Shown: one piece after another, positions 31,915 through 40,666 of the stretch
Layout of the letters: every line of letters begins with the position of its first letter
Numbering within the stretch: the first letter of the stretch is position 1
Assembly (NCBI GenBank): GCA_030690945.1
Contig: JAUYFM010000022.1
Location: 1,014-65,013 of the forward strand
From: Smithellaceae bacterium
GTDB lineage: Bacteria; Desulfobacterota; Syntrophia; Syntrophales; Smithellaceae
Length of the DNA: 64,000 bases
Reading direction: 5' to 3'
Program-made: the position numbers and the translations under genes
Notes under the pieces: generated by a model
What the model saw: the letters and a program-made list of their open reading frames with translations, nothing else
Told to the model about the DNA's origin: nothing
Databases searched by the model: none

Positions 31915-32064
31915 ATACCAAGTTGCTATCAAATGTTAACAGGAGTACGGGTCGCTTGTGACCTTTAGGTTATTAGACCCGTTGAATACGCGAACCTAAT
32001 CACCTGAAGGTGACCCGAGGTTCGGACTACATTGTCTCGTTATCCTTTGAATGCGACTTGGTAT
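31915..32064. repeat. Structured intergenic repeat element, copy 2 (150 bp)
   Basis: Same termini and core as 16875-16988. Both apical loops grow from 4 to 22 nt (+18 nt each). Confidence 0.75.
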
Positions 32065-32115
32065 TACCCTTCATCGTGGCCGTTTCGGCGGTGATGAAGC
32101 CTTAAAAACCAGGTT

Positions 32116-34074
32116 TCATATCGTCCATGCCGCGCTCGCCCCTTCTGTTGTGGCCTCGATGATGCGGCGCGGGGTGCTGGCATCGCCAATGATGAAATGG
32201 CGGATGCCTTTTTCCCGAAGCATATCCTTAAAGGTATTCCGGGGGGTAACGCCGATGGCCACGATGACCTGGCTGACGGGTTCCAGCCTTTGCTCTTTCC
32301 CATTGGTGCTGACCAGAACCGATCCTTGCTCGATGGCCTTGACGGTCGTGTTAAACATCAGCCTGGCTCCGGCAGCCCCCAGGCGCCGATGCAGCATTTT
32401 GCCATGGGCTGAGACTGGCGGCACAGGCGGGTTAGCCAGCATCTCAACCAGGGTAACATCCTTGAGGCCCTTCTCACAGAGGAAATCCGCCGTTTCCATC
32501 CCCACCAGACCGCCCCCGATGACGACGACGTGGTCTTTGGGGATAACATCGCCATTCAAAATCTGCCAGGCGTCGCAGACAACAGAGGATGAAATACCCT
32601 CGACCGGACAAGTGGACTTATCGGCGCCAATAGCCAGAATGACGACGTCAGGGTTTCCCTGGACAATCATTTCTTCCGTAACTTCCGTTCCCGTCCGGAT
32701 ATCAACGCCCTTTTTCCGGCACTTCGCCGTGAGGGTTCTGATCCATGTGCCATAGGCCGATTTATGGGGGGCCTTTTCAGCAAAGCGTATCTGTCCGCCG
32801 GTCTCCTTTTCCTGTTCAAAAAGGATGACCTGATGGCCGAGTCTTGCCGCCTCATAGGCCGCAGTAAGACCGCCCGGACCACCCCCGATCACCCACACCT
32901 TTCGGGAAACCACCGCCGGTTTTGTCGGATAGATCAGTTCCTGACCCGTTTCCGGGTTGATGGCGCAACGCACCGACTGCTGCTCCAGTATGAGTCGTTC
33001 GATACAACCCTGATTACAGGCAAGGCATTCACTCGTGTCTTCCGGATGCCCAGCCATGGCATTTTTCAGGAAATCGGGATCGGCCAGATGCTGGCGTGCC
33101 ACGGCGATCATGTCCGCATCACCACGGGCAATGGCTTCGTCCATGATATAGGGATCCGTGAAACGGCCCACGGCGATAACGGGTACCTCCGTCACGTCTT
33201 TGATCTTGCGGGCCAGCCCGACATTGAAGCCCTGCTCATATTCAATGGGGGCGCTCGCATTCGGCGTATCAACGCTGACGGCGGCACTGGCGTGGGTGCC
33301 GAAGGATACGTTGATCATATCCGCGCCGGCGGAAACGAGGTCGGGGATAATCGTCTGTATATCGGAGACGGTATAGCCGTTTTGGATGCATTCCTCTGCG
33401 GAGATGCGGATCAAGATGGGATAATCGTTCCCAACCTGTTTGCGGACCTCCTCCAGGCACTCGATCATAAACCGGGACCGGGCCCGGAAATCGCCGCCAT
33501 ATTGATCAGTCCGCTGATTGGAATGGGCCGAGAGAAACTGCATGAGGAGATAGCCGTGGGCGGCGTGGAGTTCTATGGCATCAAAGCCTGCGGCCCTGGC
33601 ACGAACAGCCGCTGTGCCGAAGGACGTAATGGTCTCCCGGATATCTTCCAGGGTCATCTCCCTGGGCGTTCCGAGGAAGCCATAGATGTAACTCGGAATG
33701 GCCGAAGGGGCGACGGCTGTCTTCCTTTGGGTCTGGAACATACTTTCCCGGCCGCAATGGTGAAGCTGCATGGCGATCTTGCCGCCTTCGGCATGCACCA
33801 CAGCGGCAAGCTTTTTGAGCCCCGGAATGAATTTGTCATCCCACACGCCCAGACATTGGGGCGCCACAGCGCCCAGAGGGTGCACTTCCGTGATCTCGGT
33901 GATGATAAGCCCGGCGCCTCCCTGGGCCCGACGCTTCATATAGGCCAAGGTTGCTTCACTAACCGTGCCGTCAGTGTTGCCCAGCCGTGTGCCCATAGGC
34001 GGCATGACGATCCTGTTGGGGATATTCATGGACTTGACCCGCAGGGGGGTCAGCAGATGTTCTAATGTTTCCAT
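32116..34074 (-). CDS. OYE-like FMN/FAD/Fe-S oxidoreductase (2-enoate reductase / 2,4-dienoyl-CoA reductase FadH family)
   Basis: N-terminal TIM-barrel block (NRIVMPPMGT, HAAHGYLLMQFLS), a CLACNQGC Fe-S motif, and C-terminal VIGGGPGGL and VVVIGGGLVG dinucleotide folds. Confidence 0.85.
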   Translation of the reverse strand: METLEHLLTPLRVKSMNIPNRIVMPPMGTRLGNTDGTVSEATLAYMKRRAQGGAGLIITEITEVHPLGAVAPQCLGVWDDKFIPGLKKLAAVVHAEGGKIAMQLHHCGRESMFQTQRKTAVAPSAIPSYIYGFLGTPREMTLEDIRETITSFGTAAVRARAAGFDAIELHAAHGYLLMQFLSAHSNQRTDQYGGDFRARSRFMIECLEEVRKQVGNDYPILIRISAEECIQNGYTVSDIQTIIPDLVSAGADMINVSFGTHASAAVSVDTPNASAPIEYEQGFNVGLARKIKDVTEVPVIAVGRFTDPYIMDEAIARGDADMIAVARQHLADPDFLKNAMAGHPEDTSECLACNQGCIERLILEQQSVRCAINPETGQELIYPTKPAVVSRKVWVIGGGPGGLTAAYEAARLGHQVILFEQEKETGGQIRFAEKAPHKSAYGTWIRTLTAKCRKKGVDIRTGTEVTEEMIVQGNPDVVILAIGADKSTCPVEGISSSVVCDAWQILNGDVIPKDHVVVIGGGLVGMETADFLCEKGLKDVTLVEMLANPPVPPVSAHGKMLHRRLGAAGARLMFNTTVKAIEQGSVLVSTNGKEQRLEPVSQVIVAIGVTPRNTFKDMLREKGIRHFIIGDASTPRRIIEATTEGASAAWTI

Positions 34075-34115
34075 AGGTCTTCTCCTCTAAAGAATTGAAT
34101 GTTTCGGTTATTAGA

Positions 34116-36527
34116 TCATGTACCGGATTCCAGGTCTTCTGTTCTTGGGTCGGGCCAATGCTTTGTCCCCCCTTCGAAGATGACCGTGAGCACTTTTTTC
34201 GGGTCGGAGGACTCCTCCACATTGGGAAGATTGGTCCCGCCATAACCTGGAAGTGTATAGAATGTGAAATCCAGGGGCATCATGCGGCCTTCCCGCACAG
34301 CCTCCACATATTTTTGAGCCGCTTCGGGATCGGGGACGCCGCGGACATTGCCAAGGAACTTTCGGCCGTTCTGCCGGTGATCGGCAAACGCGCAGGCGCT
34401 TCCATAGAGACTCGATATCCCGATCCTGCCGGGGTATTTCCATCCATAGAGCACCTGTTTGATATACCGATCGAAGGCCAGGGAGTAGCTGGGCCATTTC
34501 CCCTTTCCCCACATGAGACCGGCAAAGAAGGGATCGGCTTCCTCTTTGAGTGACTGGGCCATCAGTTGGGCCACAACAGTTACCAACCCGTACACCTGTT
34601 CTCTGGTGAAGTCGTGCCCTTCGGGGTTCCACTCGGGGTTTGAGCACCTCGGGACGTTGGACAGCATGGCGTAGAAGGCCCGGAAGGGTTCCGATTCATC
34701 TTCATCTGCCTTGGTGCTCATATTGAGACCACCCAAAATATTGGTTGGCCCGTAAAGCCCCTTCTTTCCGTATTCTTCATAGGTCACGGTGCCGTCACCC
34801 GTTTCGTCAAAGGCGTCGAGAAAACTGCGCTTCCGCGATGTCCCCTCCAGCGTATCAACGGCATCCATGTATCCGAAGAATGTTTTCTGCAGATCCCAGG
34901 GCATTTTGTAGGTGTCGGAATAAAGGGCGCTGGTGACGATTTCATTGAAGCGGTTCCCTTCCACAAAACCCAGTCGACCACGGAAGGAGGCCAGGGGATG
35001 CCCCGTGATCGCGTCATGGCCGACCACATAATAGGAGCGTTTCCCCAGACCACGCTGCAGGGCCCGCTCGAAGCAGTAATCCCTGCGGAGGGGGCAGTCA
35101 TAGGCCTTTTCGGTGATAATAGCCTGGCCGTCATATCGCGGCATTGGAACAGCCTGGGGGAAATACCCGCCCATGCCGTCATCAAGGCCACTTTCCTCGG
35201 CCTCTTTAAGGCCCACATTGCTGAACATGTAGCGGGCACAGAAAAGATCAGCCGCCACGGGGTCGATACCTGCCATCACGAGACCCTCGGGTTCCTTGAT
35301 GCCCAGGCCTTGTCCCTGATGATCCCGATTGATGCCTTCCACGGCATCGACGATGTGCATCATAAAAATATTCTGGTTGGCCACGGCGGCGATGATATCG
35401 ATCATGGTTCCCGTCAGGCCGCCTGTCTTTTTCACCAGATAGTTCCCGTCAATGCCTTTTCTGGGAAGGCAGGTTGCGGAGTCCATCTCCGGAACCCATA
35501 CCTGATGCGGAATGGCGCCCTTCATCCCCGGAATTTTCCGGTGGGGCGTTGCGTATTCCCAGGCACAGTTGCTGGAACGGGACACTTCCATGGGATAGAG
35601 GCCAATACCGAGGTTTTTGATAATATTGGTAAAGAGGGCCTGGGCATGAACCTTCAAGCGAGGCAGGTTAATCAGAATGCATCCCGGGTAAGCGGACCGA
35701 TCAGCGGCATCGGAAGGATCGCCGCCGATGATGACTTTATGGAGAATGAGAGAATCAAAATTCTCACCATCTGGAACGGGGATATCCCTTCCTTTTGCCG
35801 GATCGTCGCAGATCCGGTTCAGGTCGTAGACCATAAGCTTGTCCGTCACCTTGCCCGGGGGAAGATAGATGCCCGCCATGCTTTCTTCCAAACCCTGCAT
35901 TGCATCGTCTCCCATGGATGTATCGGATACCTCGGCAAGATACCGGCGGACGAAATAGAAACCCCACCCCCCGTAGAAATTATCGGAGCGTCCTTCAATG
36001 ACCGCTTCGGTTGTCACGGGCCTTCCCGCCGTTTTGATCCGGCGGTAATGGGCGGCAACACTGGACAGGGCCGTGGCGGCCTCGCCGATGCACATCCGGT
36101 AGTAGCTGATGCCCGCTTTGTCATGGAACCAGCGCATCACGGCAGCCACGAAGGGCCATTCCGTATTTCCCGTGCTTCCCGGGGTCGGACCATAGGTATA
36201 GGGGTCAATGTTCTCCGTGCTGACCAGGTTTGGCTTGAAGAGAATCTTTTGTCCCAGATCGAGTCTTTTGCGCAGGAGGGCAAGAAACCCTGTCTCCTCC
36301 TCCAGGGCGGTGAGGGCGGCATCGATGTTTTCGTAGGTATAATTGATCTTCGCCTTGATGTCCTGCCAAGCCGCTTCATCGGTGTTACGGATGACTTTCT
36401 GGAGCAGGGGCCCGGTTCCCTTGTATGATTTTTTGACGTCCATCCGGGCCACGGCCACGGCGGCGCCGTCCTTGTCGATCATGCCGTCACCCAGGGCGGT
36501 ATGAATCAGTTTTTCTTTAATACGCAT
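34116..36527 (-). CDS. Large DUF362-like protein (803 aa) with an uncharacterised ~350-aa C-terminal extension
   Basis: ATG 36527 follows GGAAGGAG. ILFKPNLV, LINLPRLKVHAQALFTNIIKNLGIG and VDAVEGI...MAGIDPVAADLFCARYM follow the DUF362 pattern. The 89 extra N-terminal codons in the track ORF overlap the upstream gene. Confidence 0.55.
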   Translation of the reverse strand: MRIKEKLIHTALGDGMIDKDGAAVAVARMDVKKSYKGTGPLLQKVIRNTDEAAWQDIKAKINYTYENIDAALTALEEETGFLALLRKRLDLGQKILFKPNLVSTENIDPYTYGPTPGSTGNTEWPFVAAVMRWFHDKAGISYYRMCIGEAATALSSVAAHYRRIKTAGRPVTTEAVIEGRSDNFYGGWGFYFVRRYLAEVSDTSMGDDAMQGLEESMAGIYLPPGKVTDKLMVYDLNRICDDPAKGRDIPVPDGENFDSLILHKVIIGGDPSDAADRSAYPGCILINLPRLKVHAQALFTNIIKNLGIGLYPMEVSRSSNCAWEYATPHRKIPGMKGAIPHQVWVPEMDSATCLPRKGIDGNYLVKKTGGLTGTMIDIIAAVANQNIFMMHIVDAVEGINRDHQGQGLGIKEPEGLVMAGIDPVAADLFCARYMFSNVGLKEAEESGLDDGMGGYFPQAVPMPRYDGQAIITEKAYDCPLRRDYCFERALQRGLGKRSYYVVGHDAITGHPLASFRGRLGFVEGNRFNEIVTSALYSDTYKMPWDLQKTFFGYMDAVDTLEGTSRKRSFLDAFDETGDGTVTYEEYGKKGLYGPTNILGGLNMSTKADEDESEPFRAFYAMLSNVPRCSNPEWNPEGHDFTREQVYGLVTVVAQLMAQSLKEEADPFFAGLMWGKGKWPSYSLAFDRYIKQVLYGWKYPGRIGISSLYGSACAFADHRQNGRKFLGNVRGVPDPEAAQKYVEAVREGRMMPLDFTFYTLPGYGGTNLPNVEESSDPKKVLTVIFEGGTKHWPDPRTEDLESGT

Positions 36528-36555
36528 GGTTTGGTTGTGCTCCTTCCGATTTTTC

Positions 36556-37617
36556 TCATATTTCCCTTCGTTGCTGATGAATTGCCATGGTCGCCGTGAA
36601 CAGGTCTTTTTCCGGGACGAATTCCTTGTCCTTGTCTTTCCGGAAGACCTTGATTGCTTCGGTGGGACAGGTGACGGCGCAGACGCCGCAACCGATGCAG
36701 CGGTCCAGGTTGATGTGGGCGACATCGTCCATGGAAATTGCGTCCATGGGGCATCGCTCTTCACAGAGCTCGCAGCCGATACAATCGGTTTCACTCACCC
36801 GGGCAAAGAAGCTGCTGTTAACCATCTCCGAGGGCTTAGCACATTTTTTATAAGCGATAAGAGGGCCGCAGCAGCAATCACAGCACATGCAAAGGGCGAC
36901 GGCGTTCTGGGAGGAACTCAACTGACAGATCAGACCGGCTTCCTCACCTTTCTTCAGAATGGCCAGGGCTTCTTCCTGCTCAACGTAGCGGCCCATACCG
37001 TTTTCCACAAAGTAATGGGTGCCGCTGCCGAAATGGAAACACACCTCCATTGGCTTGCTGCAGGGCTCGTTCAGAAGTGCTTTCTGTCTCCGGCACATGC
37101 AATCGGAAACACCAATATACTTGGCGGATTTGATGGCCGCCTCGGCACTTTCGTAGGGCATGACCTGGGCATCCGAGTCCACGCTTTCGGAAATGGGAAT
37201 CGTCCGCAGATCCCTCGTTTTTCCTTTCATCCAGGTGGCGTCAAACAGAATCGGCCCAAACTCCGCCATGTCTTTGGCAAATTCAGGAGTCATCCGGTTC
37301 ATTTGAAACTCGATGATTCCCACCAGGAATGCGGTTGCCATATATTTATAGCTCCCGGCTTTCCCAATACGAAAAATCTGCCCCTTGTGGGACATCTCAA
37401 AGAGCATCTGCTCGGTTTTTTCCGGATCCGCTCCGATACGGCAGGCAACCTCCGTGGCCGTTTCCGGCATCGGGGTAAGCTTCATCACCATTTCTGCATC
37501 CTCGGGTGAAAAAATGTGCTTCAGAACTCTAAGCTCAATTCCCGATTCCGTATGCAACGGATACCGCTGGGGGAAGGTGTCCAGAAACTCCGCCAATCGT
37601 TGATAAACGTCCTTCAT
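36556..37617 (-). CDS. Cys-rich Fe-S protein (wHTH-like N-terminus, CMCCDCCCGP motif, C-terminal 2x[4Fe-4S] ferredoxin domain)
   Basis: ATG 37617 follows AAAGGAGAG. CIGCELCEERCP and CIGCGVCAVTCP are ferredoxin motifs, with additional Cys clusters CMCRRQ and CMCCDCCCGP. Confidence 0.6.
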   Translation of the reverse strand: MKDVYQRLAEFLDTFPQRYPLHTESGIELRVLKHIFSPEDAEMVMKLTPMPETATEVACRIGADPEKTEQMLFEMSHKGQIFRIGKAGSYKYMATAFLVGIIEFQMNRMTPEFAKDMAEFGPILFDATWMKGKTRDLRTIPISESVDSDAQVMPYESAEAAIKSAKYIGVSDCMCRRQKALLNEPCSKPMEVCFHFGSGTHYFVENGMGRYVEQEEALAILKKGEEAGLICQLSSSQNAVALCMCCDCCCGPLIAYKKCAKPSEMVNSSFFARVSETDCIGCELCEERCPMDAISMDDVAHINLDRCIGCGVCAVTCPTEAIKVFRKDKDKEFVPEKDLFTATMAIHQQRREI

Positions 37618-37670
37618 GATGCTCTCCTTTTTGTAAATAATACATTAACTCCACCCCGGCGCTACTCTTG

Positions 37671-37805
37671 TGTCGCAATCTTTCTTGTCATTGCGAGGCG
37701 CGCAGCGCCGTGGCAATCTCAAACCGTTAGATTGCCACGGCTCCCGAGGGTAGCCTCGCAATGACCTTGTGGCAAAGTCTCAGAGGGGCGCGGAGATTTG
37801 CGATA
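37671..37805. repeat. Nested inverted-repeat element inside the operon
   Basis: The inner stem is a perfect 12-bp pairing, CCGTGGCAATCT/AGATTGCCACGG (37708-37740). The middle stem is 13 bp, GTCATTGCGAGGC/GCCTCGCAATGAC (37687-37699 / 37753-37765). The outer stem is GTCGCAATCT/AGATTTGCGA. Confidence 0.8.
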
Positions 37806-37833
37806 CCCGTTCGGTCCCTCCCATCCCTTTCTC

Positions 37834-38658
37834 TCACCGCCATGTCACCAGCGGTGTATTTCTTTGCGGAATTCGCTCATAGCCGGTTTTGGGGTAACCT
37901 AACATGACCGTGCCATAACATTGGTGCCCCGCGGGCAGGCTCAAGGCTTCGGCCAGGGGTGCATGAAAATTGGCCGCTACCGTGAAATAGCCGCCCCAGC
38001 AGGTTCCCAGCCCTCTGGCATAGGCATAGAGTTCCAGATAGGTCAGGGCGATCACACAGTCCGCTTCGGCAAAAGGCAGGTCGGCCGGGGAATGAACCAG
38101 GATCAAGTTCGGCGCCCCGCGCAGGATCCGGTCTTTCCCGTTATCCCAGGCGGTGATGATGCGACGCATGCGCCGGACCATGTCCTCATCTGTAATGCCC
38201 GGAAGGTTCTGTCGTGTAAAATCGATCACCATCGCTGCGAAGCGCTTCAGCTGGGCCGGGTCTTCAAAAACCGTCCAGTGCACCTGCTGCTTATTGCTCC
38301 CCGTGGGCGCATAGCGGGCCAGATCAATCAAATCCTCCAAAAGATCATGGGGTACGGGTTCTGTTTTGTACTGGCGTATGGAACGCCTCGCCCTTAAAAG
38401 CTGCCCCACGGCCTCCGGTCCAGGAAGAAGGTCCTTTTGCAGGGATGCACAAGCATCGAGAGGCATTGACGAAAGCGTCAAGGCACCGTGAGGACATACG
38501 GCTACGCAGTGGCCGCAGTTGATGCAGAACTCTTCGGCATCCTCTATCGGTGACGGGAAGGCGTTTTTATCCGCCATAGCAATCACCTGTGCCGGACAAT
38601 CTTTCACACAGATGCCGTCACGCTTGCATTTTTTCTGATCGATCATAAAAAGACTCAT
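37834..38658 (-). CDS. Ferredoxin-nitroreductase fusion protein
   Basis: N-terminal CKRDGICVKDCP and CINCGHCVAVCP, followed by a nitroreductase fold (RRSIRQY, APTGSNKQ). The start is ATG 38658, or 38664. Confidence 0.8.
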   Translation of the reverse strand: MSLFMIDQKKCKRDGICVKDCPAQVIAMADKNAFPSPIEDAEEFCINCGHCVAVCPHGALTLSSMPLDACASLQKDLLPGPEAVGQLLRARRSIRQYKTEPVPHDLLEDLIDLARYAPTGSNKQQVHWTVFEDPAQLKRFAAMVIDFTRQNLPGITDEDMVRRMRRIITAWDNGKDRILRGAPNLILVHSPADLPFAEADCVIALTYLELYAYARGLGTCWGGYFTVAANFHAPLAEALSLPAGHQCYGTVMLGYPKTGYERIPQRNTPLVTWR

Positions 38659-38728
38659 ATTCATTTCCTCTTTTCCAGCTCCTTTTTTCCAGCCCATTTA
38701 CAAGCAGGCATAGATTAAATTAATGAAA

Positions 38729-39325
38729 TCACTTAGGCTTCAGGAAGACGTCAAATAAAAGGGAAACGCAGTCGCGAATCGGTTCCGTCGAGTTCTCTAT
38801 CTTCATGCGCAAAAGACTGCCCTCCCATGCATCCCAGCAGAATTGGGCAAGTTTAGTTGCCTTAATGTCCCGACGCACGGTACCCTGAACCTGGGCGCGC
38901 TCGAGATGATAAGCCACGCGGTCACACCAGGTAACCATCACCGATTTCAGGGTGCCGCGACATAACTCGCTGGATTCCGCCAATTCTCCGGCCAAATTGC
39001 CGATCAGACAGCCCGTTTTGATGCGGCAGGCATCCTGGCCCTGAATTATGGACTCGAAAGCGTTACGCAGCATTTTAAGCGGGTCATCATCGGGTCCCCT
39101 GGCAATCAAGATATTCCACACCTCGGAGACATGGTCTGCATAATGTTTTACAATCTCTGCCGCGAAGCCTTCTTTACTTTTAAAATAGCTGTAGAAAGAC
39201 CCCTTCGGAATGCTTAATGCATCTACGATTTCCTGTATGCCCGTACCATGGTAGCCCCGCTCGCAAAACAAGGTAGCGCCGACTTCCAGTAGTTTTTCCT
39301 TGATATGAATATTTTCCCTGACCAT
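38729..39325 (-). CDS. TetR/AcrR family transcriptional regulator
   Basis: LLEVGATLFCERGYHGTGIQEIVDALSIPKGSFYSYFKSKE is a TetR HTH. ATG 39325 gives a typical 198 aa, whereas the GTG-extended track ORF adds a non-homologous 42 aa. Confidence 0.85.
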   Translation of the reverse strand: MVRENIHIKEKLLEVGATLFCERGYHGTGIQEIVDALSIPKGSFYSYFKSKEGFAAEIVKHYADHVSEVWNILIARGPDDDPLKMLRNAFESIIQGQDACRIKTGCLIGNLAGELAESSELCRGTLKSVMVTWCDRVAYHLERAQVQGTVRRDIKATKLAQFCWDAWEGSLLRMKIENSTEPIRDCVSLLFDVFLKPK

Positions 39326-39577
39326 GTCGGCACAATATGACCGGTCATCTTGTTTGTCAAGGAAATTATCATTCCTGGTAAAGTTTGTCCGGGTTTTAAA
39401 GTATTTATCGCCCCAGGAAGAAATGGAATCTTCTATAAATGAACGCGCCACATCTTCATCGACTTCAATAAGGCATGTCTTTTTCTTTCCTTTTGGCGCT
39501 TAAAATCTTATCAATTTAGTCTTTACAAAAGCCTCTCTTCCTGATTAAAGTCAGCGATAAAGCAACAGGAGATTGTT

Positions 39578-40540
39578 ATGACGCAGGCAAACTTGCCGGA
39601 ATATGATTATGATGTTGTCATTATCGGTGGCGGACCGGCAGGTTACACGGCCGGTATCTACGCCGCGCGCGCCGCGCTGAAGACGCTGCTCATCGAAGGC
39701 GCAGGTACAGTCAGCCAGATCACCATAACGGATATGATAGAAAATTACCCGGGCATTCCCGACGGCATCGGCGGGTTTGAGCTGATGCAGCTTTTCAAAA
39801 AGCAGGCACAGAAATTCGGCCTGGAAGTTCTTCCCAAAGACGTAACGGTTGTCAAAAAAAGTCCCGCAGCCCAGGTACTCTGGGAAGTGACCGCCGGAGA
39901 CAAAGTCTATAAAACACTTAGTATTATTGCCGCGACAGGCGCAATGTGGCGCAATCTGGATGTCCCGGGAGAAACAGAATTTGTAGGACGTGGCGTATCC
40001 TATTGCGCCACCTGCGACGGGCCCTTTTACCGCAACCGCGACGTCATTGTAGTGGGCGGCGGCGACACAGCTGTCCAGGAAGCGCTTTTCCTGACGCATT
40101 TTGCCAAAAAAGTAATTGTAATTCATCGCCGCGACAGACTGCGCGCGGCGGGAATGCTGCAAAAAAGGGCTTTTGCCGAAAAGAAAATTGAATTTGTCTG
40201 GAACGCAGCGATTACGGAAATCACCGGCACTGAGTTTGTTACAGGTGTCAAGGTGAAAGATGTCAACACCGGAGTGATCCGCGAAATGGCCGCCGACGGC
40301 GCTTTCATTTTTGTCGGTCGCCTGCCTTACACGGAAATGTTTCAAGGGCTGGTGGAAATGGATAAAACCGGCTTTATAATAACGGATGAACATTTGCGAA
40401 CCAATGCCGCAGGTATTTTTGCCGCGGGCGATTGCCGCTCCAAGCTTTTTCGCCAGGTTGTCACAGCCGCGGGCGACGGCGCCAACGCCGTCCACAGCGC
40501 TGAGTTGTATATCGATGACGTGAAAGGACAGACCTACTAA
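39578..40540 (+). CDS. trxB: Thioredoxin-disulfide reductase
   Basis: VVIIGGGPAG, the CATCDG redox-active disulfide, and a second GGGDTA fold. Confidence 0.93.
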   Translation: MTQANLPEYDYDVVIIGGGPAGYTAGIYAARAALKTLLIEGAGTVSQITITDMIENYPGIPDGIGGFELMQLFKKQAQKFGLEVLPKDVTVVKKSPAAQVLWEVTAGDKVYKTLSIIAATGAMWRNLDVPGETEFVGRGVSYCATCDGPFYRNRDVIVVGGGDTAVQEALFLTHFAKKVIVIHRRDRLRAAGMLQKRAFAEKKIEFVWNAAITEITGTEFVTGVKVKDVNTGVIREMAADGAFIFVGRLPYTEMFQGLVEMDKTGFIITDEHLRTNAAGIFAAGDCRSKLFRQVVTAAGDGANAVHSAELYIDDVKGQTY

Positions 40541-40666
40541 TTTCTAATTGTCATATCGACCGCAGGGAGATATCTTTGAACACAAGACTTCTCACCTTCG
40601 TTCGAAGTGACAATAAATATCGTTTTTTAACGGATTTATTAAATATTTCGAACGGAAAAAATATCT

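Noticed and set aside
36528-36794. N-terminal 89-codon extension of the 892-aa track ORF (34116-36794).
   Set aside because: The extension overlaps the 3' end of the upstream Fe-S gene in another frame and is Ser/Pro/Thr-rich nonsense. A strong GGAAGGAG RBS precedes ATG 36527.
32764-37509. Three very long plus-strand ORFs (32764-34065, 34998-36428, 36526-37509; 327-476 aa).
   Set aside because: They are antisense shadows of the minus-strand OYE, DUF362-like and Fe-S genes. Their translations are low-complexity and Arg/Gly/His-rich with no motifs or RBS, while the minus-strand products carry clear family motifs.
39551-40495. 314-aa minus-strand ORF.
   Set aside because: It is antisense to trxB, whose CATCDG and dinucleotide-fold motifs are unambiguous.
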